Assembly (NCBI GenBank): GCA_047602545.1
Contig: JASGHC010000003.1
Span: forward strand, 88,266 to 152,265
Source of the DNA: Micropruina sp.
GTDB taxonomy: Bacteria > Actinomycetota > Actinomycetes > Propionibacteriales > Propionibacteriaceae
Direction of reading: 5' to 3'
DNA length: 64,000 nt
Shown here: one piece after another, positions 30,305 to 39,032 of the stretch
Layout: each line of letters begins with the position of its first letter
Position numbering within the stretch: the first letter of the stretch is position 1
Position numbers and translations under genes: made by a program
The notes under the pieces: generated by a model
Told to the model about the DNA's origin: nothing
What the model saw: the letters and a program-made list of their open reading frames with translations, nothing else
Databases searched by the model: none

Positions 30305-32041
30305 TCATTCGATCAGGTAGTCGTAGCGGACGCCGCTGGGCGGCACCGAGGGGCTGACCTTGGTGCGGTGGGCGGCCCAGACGTGCAGGGTGCCGTCGAT
30401 CCAGCGGGCCGCCTGGTAGCTGCGTTGGACGAGCAGGCCGCCGGTGGGCACCTCCTCCTCCGGAATCAGCAGGGCACCGTCGGGGCCGCCGCCGAGCAAT
30501 TCGGTGACGCTGTGCACGAGGCGGCGTCCGTCGATGTCGAGCACCGAGCCACGGGCCAGGACGACCTGCTCGCTGGGGCCGGGGCGGGCCGGGATGAGTG
30601 GGATCCAGTGCGGCGGCGGGCCCTGGGCCAGGTGGTAGTCGGGGGCCGGATCGGGGTCGCCGGGCGGATCGGGCGGCCGGGTCGCGCTCAGCGGGAGCCC
30701 GGTCTGCAGCGGGGACTCGACCGTCTGCTCGATCGCCCAGCCCAGGTTGGCCTGCTCGTCGCGGGCCAGCAGCACCTCTTCCACCACCGGTCCGGTCAGG
30801 GGTTTCGCCAGCCGGGGCGCGACGTACAGCAGGTTGCGGATGGTCGCACCCTCGGGTTCGTTCACGTCGGACGGCATGGCGTGCTGGAACACGCCCCAAC
30901 CCCTCGCCGAGGCGGCGTTGGGATCGCCGAGATGCCGCAGCAGCGTCCGGACGCCGAAGGTGTCGGTGACCACCAGCGACGACGTCCGGACCAGGCACCC
31001 GACCGGGAGGTCGACGCCGATCACGAACCAGTCGTTGCCGTAGCCGGAGAGGGTTTCGATGAGCAGCACCTGGGCCAGGTCGGTCTCCGCGGGCTGCAGC
31101 GCAGCCAGGTTGAGGTCGCCGTCCTCGAACTCCCAGAACCGGCGGGCCGGTAGGCCGGGCGCGGTGACCGGGGCGGGCATCACGCTCCGGACGACGGCCG
31201 GCCCGGCCTCGGCCGGAATGGTGCCCAGGTTGACCTCGCCGTTGACGTCGAACTCGTACCAGTCGAGCACGTCGCTGTCGTAGCGGTGCGCGGTGAGCGT
31301 GGTCTCGTCGAACGGGCTGGCGCCCAGCCGGGCTGCCATGGACGCCGTGTGCTCGAACCGCGCCGGCTGCCAGCACTCGGCGGCGAGGTCCACGTCGTCG
31401 AACAGGTCGGCCACCAGCCGCAACCAGTCGGCGCAGGCGACGCGGAACTCGGCCACGTCGCCGGGGGCCACGGTTTCGTCGATCCGGGGTTGCGGACGGC
31501 CGGTGAGCTCGCCGCGCAGTCGGCGTCCGTCCAGGCTGCGACCGCCGTGCAACCGGGCGTAACCGGCGGTCGCAGGATCCGCCTCGGCCAGCACGTCGTC
31601 GCCGTAGATCGGCAACGCGAACCCCCGCAGCAGCGCCGGCGCGTAGTCGCGCGACACCGTCTGACCGGCCAGCAGCCGCAGGAACAGCCGGCCGGTGTCC
31701 ACCCCCAGCCGCAGCCCGGCCAGCGTGTCGGCGGTGGCCGGCAGCGGCGCGCCCGCCTTCTCGATCAGGGTCTCCAGCGGTGCCGCGAGGGCGGCGAAGG
31801 TGGGCGCCTGCAGCTGCGTGTTCGGCGGGATCGGGCCGGCGACGAACCGGGTGGGCTCGGCGGCCACGCCACGCCAGCGGGCCACCACCGGGGTGCCGCC
31901 GTCCTGGGCGGCGAACTCGCCGAGCTGCCATTGCCGGGCCAGCAGCCACAGCGGGTCGTGCACCGGTGCGGTCGCGCCAACCGTCACGTCCGGACGCAGT
32001 GGGTCGGGTTCGAGCCGGAAGTAGCTGGTGATCGACGCCAT
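30305..32041 (-). CDS. Uncharacterised 578-aa protein (gene 5 of the orphan operon)
   Basis: The composition is protein-like. The ATG lies 1 nt after the stop of the upstream gene. No family, signal peptide or TM segment was recognised. Confidence 0.78.
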   Translation of the reverse strand: MASITSYFRLEPDPLRPDVTVGATAPVHDPLWLLARQWQLGEFAAQDGGTPVVARWRGVAAEPTRFVAGPIPPNTQLQAPTFAALAAPLETLIEKAGAPLPATADTLAGLRLGVDTGRLFLRLLAGQTVSRDYAPALLRGFALPIYGDDVLAEADPATAGYARLHGGRSLDGRRLRGELTGRPQPRIDETVAPGDVAEFRVACADWLRLVADLFDDVDLAAECWQPARFEHTASMAARLGASPFDETTLTAHRYDSDVLDWYEFDVNGEVNLGTIPAEAGPAVVRSVMPAPVTAPGLPARRFWEFEDGDLNLAALQPAETDLAQVLLIETLSGYGNDWFVIGVDLPVGCLVRTSSLVVTDTFGVRTLLRHLGDPNAASARGWGVFQHAMPSDVNEPEGATIRNLLYVAPRLAKPLTGPVVEEVLLARDEQANLGWAIEQTVESPLQTGLPLSATRPPDPPGDPDPAPDYHLAQGPPPHWIPLIPARPGPSEQVVLARGSVLDIDGRRLVHSVTELLGGGPDGALLIPEEEVPTGGLLVQRSYQAARWIDGTLHVWAAHRTKVSPSVPPSGVRYDYLIE

Positions 32042-32042
32042 C

Positions 32043-35000
32043 TCAGCCTCCCGCCGGAGTCAGGCCGTGCGGATTGGTGGACGGCACGTCGGCTTCATTG
32101 TTGAACGCGAGCACGGAAGCCGGCAGGTACTGCCGCACGGCGCCGAGCGCTTCGGGCGGCACCGCTCGCAGGTGCGCCAGTTCGAGGGTCTCGATCAGCA
32201 CCTGGTTGAGGCTGCCGACCGTCCACGGCTCACCGGGCACCGGCGGCACCGCCAGCAGAATCGCCTGCGGCGCCATCGCCTCCGGCGGGTCGTACCGGAA
32301 CGCCACCCCGGTGGTCTGAGTGTCGGAGGGTACCACCTCGGCCCACTCGTCGATCAGCAGACCGGCCAGGGTGCGTCCCGGCGCCAGCAACTCGCCGCCG
32401 ACCAGCAGCAGCGAGCTGGCGCCGTCGACGTAGCGGCTTGCCGGAAGCGCATTCCAGGTGTCGCCCGAGGCGTACGGCACCTGCGCCACCGACAGCCGCA
32501 ACGGCAGCCCGCCGAGCGCTTCGGCCTCGCGCAGGGCGATCCCGGCCCGGGCCAGCGGCTCGCGGACCCGTTCCATCCGGGTCAGCCAGACTTCTGCGCC
32601 CAGAGGGTCGCCGCCGGTCAGCGCCGGGTCGTCGCGGGACGCCATCAGCTGGCCGACACTGCTGGGGACGAATCGGGGGACCGCGACGAACCCGGGGCCG
32701 ACCAGGGCGCGCGCCTCGGTCAGCAGCCCGTCGACGTCGCTGGACCCCGCCACTGGCGCCGCCAATCGGGCGGTGAGGTCGGCCCGCACCCGGACGGCCG
32801 CAGCGTCCCAACCGGATTGCGCGGACGGCAGCCCGGCCTCACCGACGCCGAGCGTCCAGGAGGCGATCACCGCCTCTCGGAGGTCGTCGTCGGAGCCGCC
32901 GTTCACGGCGGCATCGAGGGCGGCGACCACCTCGTCGACCCGTTGCCGGGCCTCGGTCACCCGGGCGCTCAACTCGGCGGCGTCCACCCCGCCGAGTGGG
33001 TCGGCGTGCGGCGGCTGCAGGTCGGCGCCGTCCAGCGGCTTCGCGGCGGTGACCAGGGCCGCGAGAGAACTGCCCAGTTCAAGCAGCGCCAGCAGGTCGG
33101 GGTCCGGGGTCAGTTGGGTGGTCTCCACCGCCAACCCGGACGCCAGCGCGGCCCGGACGGTCAGCTCGCGCAGGCCGCCCTCGGTGCCGGCCAGGTGCAC
33201 GAAATCGGACGCGGTGAGCCTCAGGTCGGGCCACGGCACGGATAGCGGTGGGTCGCCGGCCAGGGTGACCGTCCGGTGGGACGCGGGGCCGAGCATCGAT
33301 CCTAGCCAGGCGTCCAGTGCGGGCTCGGCTGCGGCGCGAGCGGACCCCCCGGGGCGGAGCCCGGGATGACGGGGTGCGGCGGTCGGGTCGCCGGACGGAG
33401 TGACGACCGGGGAGTCGGAGGGACCTGCCCAGCCGGGTGTGGGCGCGGCGTCCGGGTCGAACAGCAGCACCACCCGGTGGGTGACCGCGGCACCGGTCCG
33501 CGGGGTGGCCAGGAAGTCCAGGTCGGGCGGCGGGGTCAGGCCACGGTCGAGGTCGCCGACGGTGTTCACCGCGCGGGTCAGGTCGCCGCGGGCGAACTGG
33601 TGGGCCTGCTCGGCCTGCAGGGTGTCGGCGCAGGCGTCCACCGCCGCATTGAGCGCCCGGAGGACGGCGACCGCGCGCTTGCGCTCGTCGTCGGTCGGTG
33701 TCCGGCTCATCGACACCAGATGGTCGACGGCGTGGTCCTCGCCGCCCAGCCACAGCTCGTGCAGCCGCAGGCCGTCCAGCCGGCGGGCCTCCACCGGCAG
33801 CTCCTCCTGGCCGGGCAGCGGGGCCACCTCGCGGGCGTCGTTGATCGCGAAGTCGAGGTTCCGCTCATGCAGGTCACGCTCGACCAGGTAGCCGAGCACC
33901 GCGCCCATCGTGCGTCCGGCCCGGACGCCGTCGAAGACCCAGCGGGCCAGCCGGATCCGCTCCGAGGTGAGGCTGACCGCGAACGGATCCTGCTCGCCGC
34001 CGCCGTGGGCCAGGTGCGCGTTGCGCAGCATCGCCGCCACCTGCGCCTGATGCACCGACGGGGCATGGATGAACCCCGGATCGTCGTCGGCGAACACCAG
34101 CGGCGCCGGCTCGCCGGCCGGTAGTTGGGTGACCGGGGTGGCGACCGACGGCTGCAGACCCTCCACCCAGCCGTAACCGCCGGCCAGCAGCCCGGTCGGC
34201 GCCGCTCCCCGCAGCTGTGTCAGCCGAGCGGACGCCAACGCGGTCACCCAGGCGTCCAGCCGGTAGGCGGACGCGTCCAGCGTGCCCAGCAGCTGCCGCT
34301 CCAGGACCGGCGCTGGGACCGGCGCCAACGCCTCGACGGCGGCCCCGAACCCGGCCAGCGGTCCGGTCGGCGATTGGTCGGCCAGCCGGTCGCGCACCGT
34401 GCCGCCGCCGGGTAGCGCCGTGGCGCGCCGGGCCTCCCACCCGGTCACGTCGTCACCGAAGCCGTAGAACTCGGCGTCCGCGGCGGGCAGCCCGAGCAGC
34501 CGGGACGCCGCGTCCGCGTGCTCGCGCAGCAACCCGTGCCGCAGCAGCGCCTCCAGCACCGACTCGGGAACATCCGGTGAAGTGGCCAGCGTGTCCGGAT
34601 CGGCCGCCAGCAATGCCCGCAACGCGTCCGCCTCGCCCTCCGCACGCACCAGCGGCAGGCTGACCGGACGCCCGTCCGGCTCGTGGACGACCAGCGCGCC
34701 GGGCACCAGGCCGAGGCCGGCTGCCCGGGCGATCGGCAGGTTCCGGTCTCGCGCGGCGTTCCAGAAGCCGATGTCGGTCAGCTCGAGGGCCAGGAAGCGG
34801 ACCAGGTTGTCGGCGAAGCGGGCGCCCATGCTGCGCCGAACCGTCAGGTCGTCGGAGCGGCCCTCCAACCGCAGCACGTTGACCAGATCGGTGGCGACGT
34901 CGCCGCGCCCGACCCGGGGCGCGAGCCCGGCGGCCGGACGCCAGCCCTGATCGCGCAGCCCGGCCAGCGTCCGCGCCAGCCGGGACAGTCGAGCATCGTC

Positions 35001-36206
35001 GCCGCCGAAGCGGCCCAGCGAGGTCACCGGCAGCACCCCGTACGGCTGCCGGCCCACCCGCAACACCGGCAGCGGGCCGTCGGGGCGGACGAACTGGGCG
35101 GCGAAGTCGCGGGCCCAGTCATTGGTCGCGGCGTCCACCCCGACGAACTGGGTGAGCCAGTAGCCCCAGGTGGCCGGCCACAGGGCACGGCTCATCGCGG
35201 CCGCTACCCGCGGCTCGTCCAGCTCGGCGTGCGGCAGGCTGCCGACAAGCTCGTCGTCACCCACGCCGAAAGCCGCGGACGCCGCCGCACCGAAAGAACC
35301 CGGCACCGGGGTGGCGACCGCCGGTGACCAGCCGCCCGGATCGGTGCTCGACCAGCCCGACGCCGCCGCCTCTGCGTTGTTCGTCGTCGCCTCCGGAGGC
35401 AAGAACCCGAGCCCGGCCGAATACCGTTGCGCCTCCAGCAGCGCCGCCACCTCGGTGGCTGCAAGGGCGGCGTCGCCGTCCCGGACGCCGCAGGCCACCA
35501 ACAGGTTGACCGGGCCGGTCACCGGCAGCCGCACGGCCATGCCCAATTTCTCCGCCGCTCCGAAGTCGATCAGCCAGTTCATGCCGGCGTTGACGGCGGC
35601 CACCTCGTGGTCGTCGGCGTCGGCGATCAGCGGCGCGGCCAAGTCCGGCCCGACGGCCGGGTCGATGGTGATCGGTGCGCCGGTGACGGCGGCGATCAGC
35701 TGCCCGCCGGCGTAGGCGGTCACCGTCCACTGCCGCGGCAGCAGCCGAGCCACCGGGGTGCGCCGGTCCTCGGTCACGGTCAGTGCCGGGAATGCCGGGT
35801 CGGAGCCCAGCGGATCGCCGTCGCTCATCTCGACGCTCGGCCGCGCCGCCGGATTGGTTGGACGGGTGGCCCGCGCGACCCAGCCCGCCCGTCCGGGCCC
35901 GAAGCGGTCCGCCAGCGCGGCCCACAGCCGCTGCTGCCGGGCGGCGTTCGCGCCGGTGCGCCACTGGCCGCGCCAGAACTCCTGGCCGGCGGCCTGTTCG
36001 GCCTCGGACAGCCGCGGGTCGTGGGCGTCCACCTGCACCTGGTCGGGGTAGATCCGCACCAGCAGCTCGCCGCCGGCGTAGCGGGTCTCCAGCCGCACCG
36101 GCAGCAGGGCCAGCGGATGCTCCGGGTCGGCCAGCACGCCGCTCAGCCGTGGGTCGGCGAGCAGGGTGTCCGCGGTGAGCGGGGCCAGGTTCAGCGGATC
36201 GGTCAT
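32043..36206 (-). CDS. Uncharacterised 1387-aa protein (gene 4 of the orphan operon)
   Basis: The start MTDPLNLAPL overlaps the upstream stop (ATGA at 36203-36206). The longer track ORF to 36710 is rejected. No family was recognised. Confidence 0.78.
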   Translation of the reverse strand: MTDPLNLAPLTADTLLADPRLSGVLADPEHPLALLPVRLETRYAGGELLVRIYPDQVQVDAHDPRLSEAEQAAGQEFWRGQWRTGANAARQQRLWAALADRFGPGRAGWVARATRPTNPAARPSVEMSDGDPLGSDPAFPALTVTEDRRTPVARLLPRQWTVTAYAGGQLIAAVTGAPITIDPAVGPDLAAPLIADADDHEVAAVNAGMNWLIDFGAAEKLGMAVRLPVTGPVNLLVACGVRDGDAALAATEVAALLEAQRYSAGLGFLPPEATTNNAEAAASGWSSTDPGGWSPAVATPVPGSFGAAASAAFGVGDDELVGSLPHAELDEPRVAAAMSRALWPATWGYWLTQFVGVDAATNDWARDFAAQFVRPDGPLPVLRVGRQPYGVLPVTSLGRFGGDDARLSRLARTLAGLRDQGWRPAAGLAPRVGRGDVATDLVNVLRLEGRSDDLTVRRSMGARFADNLVRFLALELTDIGFWNAARDRNLPIARAAGLGLVPGALVVHEPDGRPVSLPLVRAEGEADALRALLAADPDTLATSPDVPESVLEALLRHGLLREHADAASRLLGLPAADAEFYGFGDDVTGWEARRATALPGGGTVRDRLADQSPTGPLAGFGAAVEALAPVPAPVLERQLLGTLDASAYRLDAWVTALASARLTQLRGAAPTGLLAGGYGWVEGLQPSVATPVTQLPAGEPAPLVFADDDPGFIHAPSVHQAQVAAMLRNAHLAHGGGEQDPFAVSLTSERIRLARWVFDGVRAGRTMGAVLGYLVERDLHERNLDFAINDAREVAPLPGQEELPVEARRLDGLRLHELWLGGEDHAVDHLVSMSRTPTDDERKRAVAVLRALNAAVDACADTLQAEQAHQFARGDLTRAVNTVGDLDRGLTPPPDLDFLATPRTGAAVTHRVVLLFDPDAAPTPGWAGPSDSPVVTPSGDPTAAPRHPGLRPGGSARAAAEPALDAWLGSMLGPASHRTVTLAGDPPLSVPWPDLRLTASDFVHLAGTEGGLRELTVRAALASGLAVETTQLTPDPDLLALLELGSSLAALVTAAKPLDGADLQPPHADPLGGVDAAELSARVTEARQRVDEVVAALDAAVNGGSDDDLREAVIASWTLGVGEAGLPSAQSGWDAAAVRVRADLTARLAAPVAGSSDVDGLLTEARALVGPGFVAVPRFVPSSVGQLMASRDDPALTGGDPLGAEVWLTRMERVREPLARAGIALREAEALGGLPLRLSVAQVPYASGDTWNALPASRYVDGASSLLLVGGELLAPGRTLAGLLIDEWAEVVPSDTQTTGVAFRYDPPEAMAPQAILLAVPPVPGEPWTVGSLNQVLIETLELAHLRAVPPEALGAVRQYLPASVLAFNNEADVPSTNPHGLTPAGG

Positions 36207-38968
36207 GACTCGGGCTCCCGCATCAGCACGGTGATCGGAATGGTGATCCGGGTCGGCAACTGGCGCAGCCGTCCGGCGAGGGCGGCGGCGGTGGCATCGG
36301 ACGCCGGGGCATGCGTCACGTCCGCGGGTGCCTCGCCGACCTCGAAGCCGAACCGGGGCGCGCCCGGCTGCTCGGCGATGCTGATCGTGTACTGATCGGC
36401 CTGCGCCAGCGGGATGGTGAAGCCGAAGTAGCTGACGTCGGGGTCGAGCGAGCCGCGGAACACGGGCAGCAGGGTGACCGGTGGGTTGGCGCCGGGCTTG
36501 GACGCGGTGACCACGGCGTCCGGGAAGCGGCGGATCAACTCGCTGCGCAGCAGCAGTACGAACCGTTCCTGGCGCAGGGTCGGTGCACCCAAGGCCCGGT
36601 CGGCCCACTGGTCGAGCTGCGGAATGTCGGGCTGCTCGCTGGGTGCGACGGCGGCGTCCCAGAACTGGTCGAAGAAGGTCGCGGTGCGCGGCGCCGGGAA
36701 CTCGCGCCACAGCAGCTCGCGGCCGAACTCGTGGTTCAGCCCGACCAGGAACGCCTCGACGAAGGCACCGTTGGTGCGCAGCGCCACCGCGGTGTTGGCC
36801 GGGACTCCGTCCAGGCCGGGCAGCAGCCAGTGCTGGCCCAGCTCGATCAACGCCTGCGCCATCGGGGTGGCGAATCGTGGCGTGAAGCCGAGGTCGGGCA
36901 GCGGCGACTCCGAGCCGGTCGGAGCAGAAACAGGGGTAGTGAACAGGGCGTCGAGCGCCACCGCGAAGGTGCGGACGGGCGCGACGAGTTCCTTCGCCTC
37001 CGCGACCAGGGAGCCGATGGCGACCGTGCCGCGGTGCGGCGGGCGATGCGGCCGCTCGTCCAGGAACGCGGCGAGCTGCGCGCCGGCCACCTGGCGGAAC
37101 AGCGCGGCCGCCGCCGAGTCGCGCCGGGGCGGCAGGGGGTGCGGACGCGGATCGACCGGATCGGGGTCGCCCGGGTCCGGCAGGTCCGGATCGCCCGGAT
37201 CGCCCGGTCGGCGGCGGGCGACCGGTGTCGGCCCGCCGCCGTCCTCGGTGGTGCGCAGCGCCGGTCGCAGCACCCCGTGGGTCACGCCTCCGGTGGCGAC
37301 CTCACCGGGCAGCGGGAACGGACGCGGACCCGCGGGCGCCGCGGCGGCGCCCAGCACGAAGCCGGGCCGGGGTGGCCGGTCGTGCACGGCCTGTGCGGTG
37401 AGGCTGCCCCAGACCACGTGCTGCTGGATCGGCGCCGTGGGCGTCACGGCGTCGAAGGTGAGCGGACCGCTGGACGCCTCGAAGGTGCGCTGCAGCACCG
37501 CGGCCGGCACCATCCGGCTCAGCCAGTCGAGTGTCGGCAGGGGAGTGCCGCCGGTCTGGGCGACCCGCTCCGCCGTCCGTACCGCCGGGCCGCGGGCCCG
37601 GGTCACCCGGCGGACCGCCGACCCGATCGCCGCGGACGGCAGCTCGGCCGCCGACCACTGGGCGGCGAAGCTGGCGCCGCTCGAGGTGGCCGGCGCGGTC
37701 ATCAACCGGGCCCGCAGCGGGGCCAGCACGAACACCCCGGTCTCGGCGGTGAGCGGTGCGACGTAGCGCCGGTGCAGGCTGGCGGCGACGGTGAAACCGA
37801 CACCGGCCAGGCCGACCAGCCGAGACGCCGCCCGCAGGTCGGCGGCCTGGTCCCATGCCGCTGCCACCAGGGTCTCCTGCTGGCGCTGGATCACCAGGGT
37901 GCCGAGCGCTGCCGCCACCCGGGCGGTCGGGTCGCTGTTCAGCTGCTCGTACCACCGGCCGCCGGCCGCGGCGTCCAGGGTGGCCGGGGTGCGGTAGGCC
38001 GAGCCGTAGCGCGGCGGCGCCAGCACCGGTGGGTTCGGCGATGCGGCGTCCGGAGCGTTCAGGACGGCACGCAAGGCGGAGGCGAATCGCGTTGCCAGAC
38101 CGGGGTCGGGCCAGCGGTTGACAGGCGTGTCGAGAGCCAGCAGGGCGCCGCCGAGCAGTTCCTGGGCGTCGTCGGTGCCGGTCAGCCCGAGGCCCGCGGT
38201 GGACAGGTTGACGGGCCGGGTGCCGAACCCGTCGCCGACGCCGCGCCCGCGGATCGCCAGCGCCAGCGACTGGAAGTCGCCGGCCGGTCCGGTGGCGAAG
38301 CGCCAATGGTGATAGATGGGCAGTTCGACGCTCGGCATGCCGTCGGCGAGCGTCCAGGCGGGACCCTCGGCGTTGCCCGGGTCGTCGCCCAGGCCGGCCC
38401 GGCGTCCGGCCTCGAAGGTGGGCACCACGCAGGCCAGATAGGACGTCTGCTCGTCCAACAGCCGCCCGCAGACCAGCCGGGACAGGGTGCGGGCCGGGTC
38501 GCCGGCCAATGCGGACGCCACCGCCGCCGAGTTCGCCGCGCCGTCCAGCGCCACTTGGGCGTGCGCCCAGGCCCACGAGTCGGCCAGGTTCGGCAACTCG
38601 TTCTCCGGCTTGGCCGGGGCGCCGATGGTCAGCACCGGCAGGGCACCGCGTCCGGCCGGGCCGAGCCGCACGCCCGGCTGCTCACGCAGCACGATCAGGC
38701 ACAGCCAGGGCCGCAGCTTCCCGCCGGACGCCGACGCCGGAGTGAACAGCCAGGGCAGCCCGGGGTCGTCGAACTCGACCAGGGCAAGGTAATTCGACTC
38801 GAAGGTGCGGGCGTTCGGCGCCGGATCGGAGCGGATCACCTGCTGCGGCGACACCCCGGTGACGTCGCCCGGGCCCAACAGCTGTACCGGCACGGATGCG
38901 CTCGGTCCGCCGTTGACGGTGACGCCCGCGGTGGTGCCGACATGGCTGGCCGGATGAGCGGTGTGCAC
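36203..38968 (-). CDS. Uncharacterised 921-aa protein (gene 3 of the orphan operon)
   Basis: A GTG start lies at 38968. The composition is protein-like, with an internal Pro/Asp-rich linker (PGDPGDPDLPDPGDPDPVDP). No family was recognised. Confidence 0.78.
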   Translation of the reverse strand: MHTAHPASHVGTTAGVTVNGGPSASVPVQLLGPGDVTGVSPQQVIRSDPAPNARTFESNYLALVEFDDPGLPWLFTPASASGGKLRPWLCLIVLREQPGVRLGPAGRGALPVLTIGAPAKPENELPNLADSWAWAHAQVALDGAANSAAVASALAGDPARTLSRLVCGRLLDEQTSYLACVVPTFEAGRRAGLGDDPGNAEGPAWTLADGMPSVELPIYHHWRFATGPAGDFQSLALAIRGRGVGDGFGTRPVNLSTAGLGLTGTDDAQELLGGALLALDTPVNRWPDPGLATRFASALRAVLNAPDAASPNPPVLAPPRYGSAYRTPATLDAAAGGRWYEQLNSDPTARVAAALGTLVIQRQQETLVAAAWDQAADLRAASRLVGLAGVGFTVAASLHRRYVAPLTAETGVFVLAPLRARLMTAPATSSGASFAAQWSAAELPSAAIGSAVRRVTRARGPAVRTAERVAQTGGTPLPTLDWLSRMVPAAVLQRTFEASSGPLTFDAVTPTAPIQQHVVWGSLTAQAVHDRPPRPGFVLGAAAAPAGPRPFPLPGEVATGGVTHGVLRPALRTTEDGGGPTPVARRRPGDPGDPDLPDPGDPDPVDPRPHPLPPRRDSAAAALFRQVAGAQLAAFLDERPHRPPHRGTVAIGSLVAEAKELVAPVRTFAVALDALFTTPVSAPTGSESPLPDLGFTPRFATPMAQALIELGQHWLLPGLDGVPANTAVALRTNGAFVEAFLVGLNHEFGRELLWREFPAPRTATFFDQFWDAAVAPSEQPDIPQLDQWADRALGAPTLRQERFVLLLRSELIRRFPDAVVTASKPGANPPVTLLPVFRGSLDPDVSYFGFTIPLAQADQYTISIAEQPGAPRFGFEVGEAPADVTHAPASDATAAALAGRLRQLPTRITIPITVLMREPES

Positions 38969-39032
38969 GTCCGGCGGCAGGGCGAGCGCTCCACCCCGGC
39001 GGACCCAGGGCAGGAAGGTCAGGGCCGGTGGG

